From positions 64,001 through 128,000 of the forward strand of contig JAQCIU010000003.1 in assembly GCA_027593235.1 (NCBI GenBank): DNA of 64,000 bases, written 5' to 3'. The DNA comes from Chloroflexota bacterium. GTDB lineage: Bacteria; Chloroflexota; Dehalococcoidia; UBA2979. The position numbers and the translations under genes are program-made. The notes under the pieces were generated by a model. That model was not told the origin of the DNA and searched no databases. It was given only the letters and a program-made list of their open reading frames with translations. Of the stretch, positions 1-9,814 are shown one piece after another. Position 1 is the stretch's first letter, and every line of letters begins with the position of its first letter.

Positions 1-30
1 GCTCGCGCCGATCGACCGGACGCACTCGGG

Positions 31-348
31 GTGACCGAGGCACGTTTTGACGCGGTCATCCATGCCCCGAAGCGGCTCCAGATCTGCGCGTTACTGATCC
101 CGCTGGAAGAGGCTGAGTTCCAGGTGCTTCGTGACGAGATTGGGGTGAGTGACTCGGTGCTATCGAAGCACATCAAGCAGCTCAGCGACGCGGGGTATGT
201 GAAGGTTCGCAAGAACAAGCTGGGTGGCCGTCAACGAACCTGGGTGCAATTGACCGGTGCTGGTCGCCATGCGTTCGCCGCGCACGTCGAGGAGCTGCGG
301 CGCCTCGCGGAGCTGACCGACGGTCGCCAGTCGCTCGAAACGGCATAG
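31..348 (+). CDS. Winged-helix transcriptional regulator (MarR/ArsR-like, HTH_34 type)
   Basis: 105 aa; HAPKRLQICALL...EFQVLRDEIGVSDSVLSKHIKQLSDAGYV...RTWVQLT winged-HTH pattern. Confidence 0.85.
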   Translation: MTEARFDAVIHAPKRLQICALLIPLEEAEFQVLRDEIGVSDSVLSKHIKQLSDAGYVKVRKNKLGGRQRTWVQLTGAGRHAFAAHVEELRRLAELTDGRQSLETA

Positions 349-453
349 CTACGCCCGACAGCCACGCGGGCGCCCGGGCGGCCGGACTGGGATCGCCAGG
401 CTGCGAGCAGTCTCCACCAGATCGAGTGCTCGGGGTTTCCCGCGTGGTCGGGA

Positions 454-1278
454 CTACGCCTCGTTGGCGTTCTGCCAGTTCAGGTTGACGACGCTGATCT
501 CTTCGTCGAAGCCCTTGAGGCTAACTGGCTCAATCGGACCGAACGGGAACCGCTTGCCGATCGCGAGGTCGCGGACCGCCGTTGACAGGCAGATGCCGTC
601 GGTGGTGGCGCGGTCGCAGAGGCGGGCGGCCAGTTGAACCGCGGCGCCGAAGAGATCGCCGTGCTCGGTGACCGGCTCGCCGGCGGCGATTCCGATTCGC
701 ACGTGGATGCGTTCGTCGTCGCTCGTCAGGTCGGCGTTGTAGGCGCGGATGGATCGCTGGATCGCGATCGCGCAGCCGAGCACGTCGGTGACGGATTCGA
801 ACGAGGTCATGAAGCCGTCGCCGGTGTGCTTTACCTCGACCCCACGGTGTGCGGCGAGGGCGTCGCGGATGAGGGAGTTGTGCTGACGAAGCACCTTCAT
901 CGCGCCGTCGTCGCCCAGCCGCTGCGTCTGTGCGGTGGAACCCTGCATGTCCGTGAACATGATGGCGCGGAAGGCCGCACGTCCGGGGTTCTCTTTCCCG
1001 TGGTCGACGACCCGTCCGAGGAACATCTCAACGGCGCCGCGGTCGACCGGCATGATCTGGCTGGGGAGCATTCCGTGCGAGGCCTCGTGGACGGCACGCG
1101 CGCGATCCGCGTCCGGGGCGTCGATGAGGCAGAAGGCTGAGTGCTGGTCGTAGTCGAACCAGTACGAGAGGTACTTCACCCCGAAACGGTCCTGCACCGC
1201 GAGGTCCTGCAGGTGCGCGGCGGCCACGTCTTCCGCGGTCGCGCCCGGCAAGTCGTGGCGGTCCATGAAGTAGGGCAT
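454..1278 (-). CDS. DUF4242 (SCO4226-like metal-binding) domain fused to class III adenylate/guanylate cyclase
   Basis: N-terminal FMDRH...AAAH..DL..YW...FCL.DAP...VH..SHG; cyclase motifs FTDMQGST, KHTGDG, RIGIAAGE, GAAVQLAARL, LKGF. Start set at ATG 1278. Confidence 0.9.
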   Translation of the reverse strand: MPYFMDRHDLPGATAEDVAAAHLQDLAVQDRFGVKYLSYWFDYDQHSAFCLIDAPDADRARAVHEASHGMLPSQIMPVDRGAVEMFLGRVVDHGKENPGRAAFRAIMFTDMQGSTAQTQRLGDDGAMKVLRQHNSLIRDALAAHRGVEVKHTGDGFMTSFESVTDVLGCAIAIQRSIRAYNADLTSDDERIHVRIGIAAGEPVTEHGDLFGAAVQLAARLCDRATTDGICLSTAVRDLAIGKRFPFGPIEPVSLKGFDEEISVVNLNWQNANEA

Positions 1279-1533
1279 CTGGCCTCCCCGGCGCGCCAAT
1301 CATAGCGGGCGGTTTCGGGCTCGTCCCCCGTCGCCGGACGTCCGTCTGGAACGAACGCACACCCCAGCGACGGTTCCTCGGGGGTCCTGCCGCGCTCCGA
1401 CGAGCCACCTCGGTCCCGCTCGCTCACCCGGGATACGTGCGCTCTCTCGACGTGTCTCCTGGGAGTGGGCTCCTGTGCACCTCGAGTACGACCTCGAGAT
1501 GTCGGGGGGCGTCGGGCACTCCTCGGCCCGCTG

Positions 1534-2253
1534 TTACTCGATGACGCCGAGGTAGAGCTGCGTCAGCAGGATCAGGTCGAGCGTGGCGTGAGCGGCGATC
1601 AACGGCCACAGTCTCCGCCCCGTGACCAGGTACATCAGGCCGAGGCCAGCACCCAGAGCGGCCGTGGAGATCACTCCACCGAAGCCCCACTCGAAATGGA
1701 TCAGCCCGAAGATCAGTCCGCTCAGGAGTGCGGCTCCGATCGCTGAACGGCGCCCACCTCCCAGCACTCGATCGAGACGGTCGATGAGGAGACCGCGGTA
1801 GATCACCTCCTCGATGAACCCGCCCGTGAACATTGCGCCGAGCACCGTGAATAGGAAGAGCGGTAGATCGCCAACGAGGGGGTCGTACCGCGAGAAATCG
1901 GGTTCCGGCGCGCCGAGGAGTATCGCGAGCGCGGGGACTACCGTGAGCTGGAGCAGGATCGAAACGACGAGGACTGCGAGGCCCCAGGCCGGCACGCTCC
2001 ACCAGCGCCTGGGACGCTGCATGCCGAGGTCAAACAGGCGCTGGCCGTGTCGACGCTGCAGCGCAGCCACCACGAAGAGTGAGGCGAAGAGCGTCGGGGC
2101 ACCTCGGAAGATATCGGCGTGGGGCAGGAGATCGAACTGTTCGAACCCTCGTTCGAGCGCGAGGAACAGGAAGGCCGTCGCGACATACAACGCGATATCG
2201 ATCGCGGCGCTGCGGCGGTCGATGCTGGTCGGCGCGGTCCCAGTCGGGTCCAT
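1534..2253 (-). CDS. CPBP/Abi (CAAX protease-like) intramembrane metalloprotease
   Basis: Hydrophobic; EEVIYRG, FGLIH, AAHATLD motifs. Confidence 0.9.
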   Translation of the reverse strand: MDPTGTAPTSIDRRSAAIDIALYVATAFLFLALERGFEQFDLLPHADIFRGAPTLFASLFVVAALQRRHGQRLFDLGMQRPRRWWSVPAWGLAVLVVSILLQLTVVPALAILLGAPEPDFSRYDPLVGDLPLFLFTVLGAMFTGGFIEEVIYRGLLIDRLDRVLGGGRRSAIGAALLSGLIFGLIHFEWGFGGVISTAALGAGLGLMYLVTGRRLWPLIAAHATLDLILLTQLYLGVIE

Positions 2254-2308
2254 CGGTAGCTCCTCCGGCAGTCGGGCACAGGTATGAAATCGTTGATATG
2301 TGAGAACG

Positions 2309-2321
2309 ATAACAACGTTAT
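2309..2321. promoter_or_regulatory. Palindrome ATAAC-AAC-GTTAT, candidate TetR operator
   Basis: Inverted repeat in the AT-rich divergent intergenic region between the CPBP gene and the TetR gene. Confidence 0.45.
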
Positions 2322-2372
2322 TGTGTCATGGACGAATTGATAGCATGCGCTTCGCCATGACTCGGAGGCCGT

Positions 2373-2954
2373 TTGGTGGTCGACACCCGCGAGCGGATTC
2401 GTGCAGCCGCGCTCAAGTTGTTCGTTGAGCAGGGCTATCGACAGACGTCGATCGCCGCGATCGAAGCTGCGTCAGGCCTCGCACCGCGGACTGGTGGCTT
2501 CTACCGCCACTACTCGAGCAAGGACCAGTTGGCGGCGGAAATCTGCGAACTGCAGATCATCGAGACCAGCGCTGACCTCGGTTTCGGCGGGGTGCTGCCG
2601 CTCGGCGATACGCGCGCCGAGCTGGTCCTGATCGCGAAAGGCTATGCGAAGGCATTCGATCGCCAGGCGCCGCTGGAAGCGCTGATCGCGGAGGTCAGGC
2701 ACCTGCCGGAGATCCGGGAACTGGAGGGGCGCGTCGATGTCGAGTTGACGGAGCTACTGACCGGCTGGCTGAAGGGCAAATCCTATGCTGCGGCCCTGGA
2801 CGAAGCCGGCCTGACCGTCCTGATGCTGACGGTGTTCGGGGGCTGGATCTTCTTCCTCGCAAAGCGCGGATCGCCGGCCGGTCCTCCGGGATTAGATGAC
2901 CAGTTCGTGCTCGATCAGTGGGCCGATTTCTGGTCGGGCGTCCTGGACGCCTAG
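2373..2954 (+). CDS. TetR/AcrR family transcriptional regulator
   Basis: TRERIRAAALKLFVEQGYRQTSIAAI...GGFYRHYSSKDQL TetR HTH. Confidence 0.9.
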   Translation: MVVDTRERIRAAALKLFVEQGYRQTSIAAIEAASGLAPRTGGFYRHYSSKDQLAAEICELQIIETSADLGFGGVLPLGDTRAELVLIAKGYAKAFDRQAPLEALIAEVRHLPEIRELEGRVDVELTELLTGWLKGKSYAAALDEAGLTVLMLTVFGGWIFFLAKRGSPAGPPGLDDQFVLDQWADFWSGVLDA

Positions 2955-3223
2955 GCCTCGACGCCCGCGGAGCGTCACCCGTCGACCGAGGCGGAGGTGC
3001 GCGCCAATCCCTCGTGATTTGCCCGGTACACCGGCCACGTGCCGGGGATTCGCGCCGGCGCCAAGACCGCCGGACTGGGATCGGTGGTCTGCGAGGGCCC
3101 TCCAACAGATCGAGCGCTCGGGTCCTACGAGTCCGGACTGTGGCTCGTTGGCGTCCCTCGAGCGGCGCGCCCGCCGGTGACGCGCGCGAGCACGCCTTCG
3201 GGCTGTAGTCGCGAGGCTGGATT

Positions 3224-4027
3224 TCAGGCTGGGACGATGACGTCGACTTCGACCGGCTGCTCGAAGCCCTTGAGGGTGACCTGGCGGTGATCCGAGATCG
3301 CCGGTGGCCGCGTCGCGCGCAGGAGGGTGGCGTGGCTGACGAGGATCTCGCCGCCGCGCGCCGCGCCCGAGAGACGTGACGCGAGATTGACCGCCTCGCC
3401 GAGTGCGGTGAAGTCCGCGAAGTCACCATCAACACCGACCGAGCCCATATAGGCCTCGCCGGTGTGGATGCCGGCGCCGACCTCGAGCGCCGTGTCGCCG
3501 TCGCCGATGTCCTTCGTGCGGCGGAGCAGGGTGCTTGTGGCCTCGATCGCCTGATCGATGTGGTCGCTGCCGGCGAAGCCGGGGAGGAAGAAGCCGTTCA
3601 CGGCGTCGCCGACGAGCTTGTCGACGAACGCTCCGTTCACGGTGAGGGCCTGACGCGCGGTGTCGTAGAAGCGCCCCATCAGCACGCCAAAGCCGGCGTT
3701 CCCCAGGGATTGCGACAGCTCGGTGGAGTGCCGAACGTCTGCGAAGACGATGGTCATCTCTACCGTCGCACCGCCTGGGTGCTCGCCGGCGAAGTGTTCG
3801 CAGAAGAGGCAGATCGCGGGATTCTTCGTTCCGCGGCTCCGCTTGATTGCCCGCGCGACGATGGCGCCGGGGCCGGAGAACGGCGCACTACAGAGCTTGC
3901 AGCGCGGCTCGCTGGGTATCAGACCCCAGATTCGCCGGCCTCGTCGCAGCTTCGGGTCTTCGCCGCTGAGGATTGCCTCCCACAGCTTCGAGGGCTCCTC
4001 GGTCGTTGGTGCCAGTTCATCGGGCAT
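3224..4027 (-). CDS. Class III adenylate/guanylate cyclase with N-terminal CxxC...CxxC (Zn-ribbon-like) module
   Basis: CKLC...CLFC; FADVRHST, DKLVGD, GIHTGEA, GEAVNLASRL, LKGF. Real start is ATG 4027 (GGAG upstream); the 520-aa track ORF is an upstream run-on. Confidence 0.88.
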   Translation of the reverse strand: MPDELAPTTEEPSKLWEAILSGEDPKLRRGRRIWGLIPSEPRCKLCSAPFSGPGAIVARAIKRSRGTKNPAICLFCEHFAGEHPGGATVEMTIVFADVRHSTELSQSLGNAGFGVLMGRFYDTARQALTVNGAFVDKLVGDAVNGFFLPGFAGSDHIDQAIEATSTLLRRTKDIGDGDTALEVGAGIHTGEAYMGSVGVDGDFADFTALGEAVNLASRLSGAARGGEILVSHATLLRATRPPAISDHRQVTLKGFEQPVEVDVIVPA

Positions 4028-4101
4028 CGAGGCTCCTGTGGCCGCGGATCGCCGGGACCCTCTGCGCGGTCGCTGCTGGCGCGCTCCGACCGACGCGGCA
4101 C

Positions 4102-6330
4102 CTACGCGTGCGTCATCTGATGATGCGCCTCGGCGGTGGCGGGTGCCGCGATCGCCGCGGGTGTCAGCACGACGCGGCGGAGGAGCTGCGCGTTGAGCGC
4201 GACGATCACTGTGGAGAGGCTCATCAGCAGCGCGGCAACGGCGGGCGGCAGGATGAAGCCCCACGGCGCGAGTACGCCGGCGGCGAGCGGGATCGCGAAG
4301 ATGTTGTAGCCGGCGGCCCAGACGAGGTTCTGGATCATCTTCCGGTAGCTGGCGCGGGAGAGCCGGATGGCGGTCACGACGCCCCGCGGATCGTCCGAGG
4401 CGAGCACGATGCCCGCCGACTGAATCGCCACGTCCGTGCCGGCGCCGATCGCGATGCCGATGTCGGCGCGGGCGAGTGCGGGCGCGTCGTTCACGCCGTC
4501 GCCGACCATCGCGACGGTGAGGCCGCGCGCCTGGAGTTCGCGAACCGCGCGGTCCTTGTCTTCCGGGAGCACTTCGGCGAACACCTCGTCGATGCCGAGT
4601 TCGGCGGCGACGGCGTTCGCGACGGCACGCGAGTCGCCGGTGATCATCCCGACGCGGACGCCGAGGCGGTGTAGTTCCGCGACGGCCGCTCGCGACTCGG
4701 AGCGGATCTCGTCCTCGAGGGCCAACGCGCCGATCACCTGACCGGCGCGGACGACGTGGAGCACGGTCGCGCCGCGGGCTTCCCACGGCGCGGTGGCCTC
4801 GAGGAGTGCGGCGGGAACCGCGAAGCCGCTGTCGCGGAGGAGTGCGGGGCCGCCGACGTGGGCCTCGACACCGTCGACGATGGCGCGTGCGCCGCGACCG
4901 GCGTCGGCGCGGAAGTCGGCGGCGGCAGGGATTGGGCCGCGCTCACGCGCGGCAGTGACGATCGCCCTCGCGAGCGGGTGCTCAGAGTCGGACTCGACCG
5001 CTCCGGCGAGTGCGAAGAGCGCGTCCTCGTCACCGTCGAGCGCGTGCGCGCTGGTCACGACGTGGTTGCCGGCGGTGAGCGTGCCGGTCTTGTCGAACAG
5101 CACCGCCTGGACGTTGCGCATGCGTTCGAGGGCGATCCGGTCCTTCACTAGCAGGCCGTTGCGGGCGGAGAGTCCGGTCGCGAGTGCGATCACGAGCGGG
5201 ATGGCGAGCCCGAGTGCGTGGGGGCAGGCGATCACCAGCACGCCGACCATCTGGATGACGCCGCGGCCGGGGTTGCCCGCGATGCTCCAGGCGATCAGGG
5301 TGACGAGCCCGGCGACGACGGCGACGTAGAAGAGGAGCGCAGCCGCGCGATCAGCGAGGGCCTGCGCGCGTGAGCGCGATGCCTGGGCGTCGCGAACCAT
5401 CCGCTCGATGCCCGCGAGCGCGGTGTCGTCGCCGACGGCGACGACACGGACGCGGACGGCGGTCCCGGCGACGACGGCGCTTGCGACGACGCGGTCACCG
5501 ACGCCGCGGAGGACGGGGCGAGACTCGCCCGTGAGCATCGATTCGTCGAACTCGGCCTCGCCCTCGACGATCTCGCCGTCGGCCGGGACGCCGGCGCCGG
5601 GGCGCACGAGGACGACGTCGCCGGTCACCAGTTCGTGCGCGGCGACGGTGCGGGTGCCCTCGGGTGTGACGAGCTCAGCCTCGTCGGGGAGGAGCGCGGC
5701 GAGCGCCTCGAGGGCGCCGCTCGCCTGTCCGAGGGCGCGCATCTCCTGCCAGTGGCCGAAGAGCATGACGACGATCAGGCCGGCGAGTTCCCACCAGAAC
5801 TCCAGCTCGAAGACCTCGAAGAGGCTGAGCACGCTGGCGACGAACGCGACGCTGATCGCCATCGAGATCAGCGACATCATCCCGGGGCGGCGATCCTGCA
5901 CCTCGCCCCAGCCACCGCGGAGGAAGACGGGGCCCCCGTAGACGAAGATCGCCGTCCCGAAGATGGCCGGGATGAACCGGTCGCCCTGGAACTCGGGCGT
6001 GGAGAAGTGCAGCCAGCCCTGGATGGTTTCACTGAAGATGAAGACCGGGATCGACAGCAGCAGCGTGCCCCAGAAGCGGCGCCGGAAGATCTCGCCGTGC
6101 GCGCCATGGCCGGCATGCCGGTCGTGCCCTGCGTGACCGCCGGGGGCACTCTGCTCATTCGGAGCAGCGTGTCCTGCATGGGCGTCCGTGCCGGACACGG
6201 ACCCGTGACCGCCATCGGCGGCGTCGCTCATCGGCATCGCGTGGCCGTCGTGCGTGGCGTGATCGGTCGCTGCCTCGGGGGATTCAGGGTCAGGCGGCGC
6301 GGTCATGTGCGCGCTGTGATCGTTTGCCAT
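4102..6330 (-). CDS. copB: Copper-translocating P1B-type ATPase, CopB-like (His-rich N-terminus, CPH)
   Basis: His-rich N-terminus, TGES, CPHALGLAIP, DKTGTLT, SEHP, GDGVNDAP, YN, MSLST. Confidence 0.9.
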   Translation of the reverse strand: MANDHSAHMTAPPDPESPEAATDHATHDGHAMPMSDAADGGHGSVSGTDAHAGHAAPNEQSAPGGHAGHDRHAGHGAHGEIFRRRFWGTLLLSIPVFIFSETIQGWLHFSTPEFQGDRFIPAIFGTAIFVYGGPVFLRGGWGEVQDRRPGMMSLISMAISVAFVASVLSLFEVFELEFWWELAGLIVVMLFGHWQEMRALGQASGALEALAALLPDEAELVTPEGTRTVAAHELVTGDVVLVRPGAGVPADGEIVEGEAEFDESMLTGESRPVLRGVGDRVVASAVVAGTAVRVRVVAVGDDTALAGIERMVRDAQASRSRAQALADRAAALLFYVAVVAGLVTLIAWSIAGNPGRGVIQMVGVLVIACPHALGLAIPLVIALATGLSARNGLLVKDRIALERMRNVQAVLFDKTGTLTAGNHVVTSAHALDGDEDALFALAGAVESDSEHPLARAIVTAARERGPIPAAADFRADAGRGARAIVDGVEAHVGGPALLRDSGFAVPAALLEATAPWEARGATVLHVVRAGQVIGALALEDEIRSESRAAVAELHRLGVRVGMITGDSRAVANAVAAELGIDEVFAEVLPEDKDRAVRELQARGLTVAMVGDGVNDAPALARADIGIAIGAGTDVAIQSAGIVLASDDPRGVVTAIRLSRASYRKMIQNLVWAAGYNIFAIPLAAGVLAPWGFILPPAVAALLMSLSTVIVALNAQLLRRVVLTPAAIAAPATAEAHHQMTHA

Positions 6331-6381
6331 GGGATGTCTCCAAGGCCTCCCGTGTCAGGTGGTCTCCTCGTCTCGAAGGCC

Positions 6382-6398
6382 ACCCCCCGGGGAGGGGT
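6382..6398. promoter_or_regulatory. Possible CsoR-type operator (ACCCC-N7-GGGGT) upstream of copB
   Basis: C-tract/G-tract inverted repeat about 50 bp upstream of the copB ATG; spacing differs from canonical CsoR boxes. Confidence 0.3.
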
Positions 6399-6464
6399 TT
6401 ACTCATACGACAGTATCACCTCGGTCAAGCGCTGTTTCAGCGGGATCTCGCGCAGACGGGGCGG

Positions 6465-6863
6465 CTATTCGATGCCGGCGGCTCGTTGTTCGGCGCGCAC
6501 GAAGTCGACGATCGCCTGGATCTGCTCGTCGCTCAGGCCCTCGACGGGCGGCATGTTGCCGAAGTTCCAGTGATGCGAGCGGGCGCCGGTCTTCGCGGCG
6601 AGGAAGAACGCGGCGTCGGAGTGGTGTCCCGCGCGGTAGATCGCGTCGAGGAACGGCGGTCCCTGGTCCGTGCCGTTGAGGTCGGTGCCGTGACAGGCGG
6701 CGCAGGCCTGCTGGAACAGGGCGGCCCCGTCGGTGCCCTCGAAGGTGCGTGCTGGCGCGGCGTCCTCGTCGCCGCCGCCGCATGCGACGCTCGCGGCGAG
6801 TGCAGCGGCGAGGGCGACCGCAGCGAGGATTAGCAGTCGGGGGGAGCTATTCGTTCGCGGCAA
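6465..6863 (-). CDS. Monoheme c-type cytochrome lipoprotein
   Basis: TTG start after GAGGAG; hydrophobic signal ending VACGGG (lipobox-like); CAACH heme motif; distal Met in GNMPP. Confidence 0.88.
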   Translation of the reverse strand: MPRTNSSPRLLILAAVALAAALAASVACGGGDEDAAPARTFEGTDGAALFQQACAACHGTDLNGTDQGPPFLDAIYRAGHHSDAAFFLAAKTGARSHHWNFGNMPPVEGLSDEQIQAIVDFVRAEQRAAGIE

Positions 6864-7152
6864 GATCCAGCTCCTCGTAGTGCTCGACCGTCGGGAACGG
6901 GTCGTAGAAACGGTGCAGTAGCTCGCGCCAGCGTCCGTACTACGCGGAGCCACGGAAGCCCTCGGTGTGGGCCTCGAGCGTTTCCCACTCGGCGAGCAGG
7001 AGGTAGCGGGAGTCCGCCTCGATGCAGCGCAGCAGGCGGTGGTTCAGGTAGCCGGGCATCGAGGAGATGATCGCCTGCGCCTCGGAGAACGCGGCTTCGA
7101 ATGCGGCCTGCTGGCCTGGGCGCACGTCGAGGACGGCCTGTTCGAGGATCAC
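6847..7152 (-). pseudogene. Antibiotic biosynthesis monooxygenase (ABM) family protein with in-frame TAG at 6940-6942
   Basis: ...HTEGFRGSA*YGRWRELLHRFYDPFPTVEHYEELDLAANE: the family C-terminus continues in frame past the TAG. Confidence 0.8.
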
Positions 7153-7185
7153 GTGCGTGCCTTTCGAGGTGGGCGGCCCATGCGG

Positions 7186-8784
7186 CTAGAGGCCGTAGTC
7201 GCCCGGCTGGGTGCGAATGAACTCGCCGATCCGCTCGCCGATCATGATGCTCGTGAGGTTGGTGTTCGCCCTCGGTACCTCGGGGGTGATCGAGGCGTCG
7301 GCGACGACGAGGCCATCGACGGCGTGGACGCGTCCGTACTGATCGACGACGGCGTCGGGGTCGGTGGCGGGGCCCATCTTCGAGGTGCCGCAGGGGTGGT
7401 AGCCGGAGCGGGCGGTGCGGCGAAGCATCGAGGCGATGTCGTCGTCCGAGGGGTTCGCGGTTTCGGGCACGAGGATCTCGGCGATGTAGTCCGCCATCGG
7501 CTTCGCGTGGGCGAAGGTGAGGCAGTCGCGGTAGTTGGCGACGAGGCGGAGGGTGTCGCGATCGTCCTCGCAGAAGTGCTGCGCGACGACCGGTTGGGCG
7601 TGCGGGTCGGCTGATTCGAGGCGGACGCCGCCGCGGCCATACGACTGTTCGAGGACGGCGGCGATCGAGAAGATGCCGGGCACGTCCTCGCGCTGCGACC
7701 AGGTGAGCAGCTCGATCTGCAGGTCGTTGCGGTGCTCCGGGTAGAGCGGGCTCGGCGGTGCGGTGTAGCGGGTGATCGTCTGGATCAGCGGAAAGTCTTG
7801 CGAGGCGACGGCGATGTCCTTCGCGCGCACCTGGACCGTCGCCATCGGGTGGTCGCAGAGGTTGGCGCCGACGCCGGGGACGTCTGCCACCACCTCGATG
7901 CCGAGCGCTTCGAGGTCGCGCCGGGGGCCGATGCCGGAGCGCCAGATGATCGGCGGGGTCTGGATGGCGCCGCCGCTGACGACGATCAGCTTTGCCTCGA
8001 TACGGCGGACTTCGCCGTCGATCTCGACGTCGACCGCGGTGGCCCGTTTGCCCTCGAAGACGACGCGGTGGAGGTGGGCGTTGCCCTGGATGCGAAGGTT
8101 CTCGCGGGCGCGCGCGGGCGCGAGGTAGCCGATGGCGGTCGAGACGCGGAGGCGGCCGAGCTTGTTCATCGGCTGCGGGCCGGTACCCCAGCCGTGCGGG
8201 TCGTTCTGGTCGTCGCAGTCGGGGTACCCGAGGGCGCGCGACGTTTCGATGTAGGCCTGGTGCGTCTCGGTCAGCTCGTCCCAGGGGTGGCGGCGGATGG
8301 TGATCGGACCGGCGTCACCGTGGAAGTCGGCGTCGCCGTAGTCGAGGTCGCGCTCCAGCCGCTTGAAGGCTGGCAGCACCTTGTCCCAGGTCCACTCGGG
8401 GCTGCCGAGGTCAGCCCAGCCGTCGTAGTCCTCGGGGACGCCGCGGAGGGCGATCGCGGTGTTGACCGCGCTGGAGCCGCCGGTGACCCGGCCGCGCGGG
8501 AACGGCGTGAGCGGGAACTCGGCGGTCGGCTGGTACTCGTGCTTCCAGTCGTGGTCCTCGATCGAGTTGTGGTCGCCGTTGACGAGGTCCTCGGGGGTCT
8601 CGTCGACGCGGGAGTAGTCGGGACCGGCATCGAGCAGGAGGACGCTGCGACGCGGGTCCTCGGAGACACGGGCGGCGACGACGGATCCGGCAGAGCCGGC
8701 GCCGACGACGATCACGTCGTACTTCGCTTCGAGCGCACCTCGAACGTTCGGGCTAGGCACGCGGCGGGTCACCCTCGAAGACAT
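7186..8784 (-). CDS. GMC family FAD oxidoreductase (choline dehydrogenase/MftG-like)
   Basis: DVIVVGAGSAG, RGRVTGGSSAVN, GVGANLCDH, YHPCGT, VADAS, NTN. Confidence 0.92.
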   Translation of the reverse strand: MSSRVTRRVPSPNVRGALEAKYDVIVVGAGSAGSVVAARVSEDPRRSVLLLDAGPDYSRVDETPEDLVNGDHNSIEDHDWKHEYQPTAEFPLTPFPRGRVTGGSSAVNTAIALRGVPEDYDGWADLGSPEWTWDKVLPAFKRLERDLDYGDADFHGDAGPITIRRHPWDELTETHQAYIETSRALGYPDCDDQNDPHGWGTGPQPMNKLGRLRVSTAIGYLAPARARENLRIQGNAHLHRVVFEGKRATAVDVEIDGEVRRIEAKLIVVSGGAIQTPPIIWRSGIGPRRDLEALGIEVVADVPGVGANLCDHPMATVQVRAKDIAVASQDFPLIQTITRYTAPPSPLYPEHRNDLQIELLTWSQREDVPGIFSIAAVLEQSYGRGGVRLESADPHAQPVVAQHFCEDDRDTLRLVANYRDCLTFAHAKPMADYIAEILVPETANPSDDDIASMLRRTARSGYHPCGTSKMGPATDPDAVVDQYGRVHAVDGLVVADASITPEVPRANTNLTSIMIGERIGEFIRTQPGDYGL

Positions 8785-9646
8785 CGTAGCGGTAGGCGGA
8801 GCCGTCGCGGCGGAAGTAGCCGGTGGCGGGCGTGTGGAAGTGGGTGCCGAGCACGACGACGTCGGTGTCGGCGTAGCGCTCGAGGAGCGCGAGTCGGGCG
8901 GCCCGCGCCTCCTCGATGAAGCTGTCGAGCGGCGGGCGCTGCTCGGGCGCTGCGCACTGGATCGGGCTGTGCATGACGTCGCCGATGATGACGGCCTCCT
9001 GGCCCGCCGAGCCGATGCGGACGCAAACGTGGCCGGGCGTGTGGCCGTGGCTCGGCTCTAGCCACACCGAGTCGCTGACGCGGTGGTCGGCGGGAACGAG
9101 GTCGACCACGCCGGCCTCGACGACCGGGCGGACGCTGTCCTCGATGATGTCGGGTGGCTCCGGGAGCTGGCCCCAGTAGTTCCACTCGGGCTCGGCGAAC
9201 TGGTAGCGCGCGTTCTCGAAGGTTGGTACCCAGCCGCCATCGACCCACTTCGTGTTCCAGCCGGCGTGGTCGCCGTGCATGTGGGTGTTCAGCACCACGT
9301 CGACGCTCTCGGCGGGCGCGCCCGCCTCGGCGAGGTCGTCGAGGTACGGCCCGTTGCGCATGTGCCAGCCGTCGAAGCCGCCGCCCGCGCGGTCCTTGTC
9401 GTTGCCGATGCCGGTGTCGACGACGATGCGCATGCCGTCGGCCTCGATCACCCAGCTATGGATCGACTGCAGGATGTGGCCGCGCTCGTTGAGCATGTGC
9501 GGCTCCAGCCACGGCCGGGCGGCCTCGAGAATGTCGAACGGCGCCTCGTGATCCGGGAACATCCACTTCGCCGAGGTAGGCATGACCAGCTCCTCGACGA
9601 GTGTCAGCTTCACGTCGCCGATGTGGATGGTGTTGCGGACGGGCAT
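8753..9646 (-). CDS. Metallo-beta-lactamase fold hydrolase
   Basis: THMHGDHAG, GHTPGH, GDVMH, GTHF. Confidence 0.9.
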   Translation of the reverse strand: MPVRNTIHIGDVKLTLVEELVMPTSAKWMFPDHEAPFDILEAARPWLEPHMLNERGHILQSIHSWVIEADGMRIVVDTGIGNDKDRAGGGFDGWHMRNGPYLDDLAEAGAPAESVDVVLNTHMHGDHAGWNTKWVDGGWVPTFENARYQFAEPEWNYWGQLPEPPDIIEDSVRPVVEAGVVDLVPADHRVSDSVWLEPSHGHTPGHVCVRIGSAGQEAVIIGDVMHSPIQCAAPEQRPPLDSFIEEARAARLALLERYADTDVVVLGTHFHTPATGYFRRDGSAYRYDVFEGDPPRA

Positions 9647-9814
9647 GGCGCGCTCCTCGTGTGGTGCGCGTGCACGGTACGAGTCCAACCATCCCCAGGG
9701 CCAGCAGAGCCTCCGACGTGCCGTATTGATTTGTGGTTCTCAGCAATTAGTACGCTCGTCTGCGCGTCACACGTAGACTCACGAGAGACACACCAAGGCG
9801 GCAAGGAGCGTCCG

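Noticed and set aside
2955-3223. Small ORFs between TetR and the cyclase
   Set aside because: No RBS, motif or convincing codon pattern; treated as a convergent intergenic region.
3224-4786. 520-aa cyclase
   Set aside because: The N-terminal half is an alternate frame of copB; the real start is 4027.
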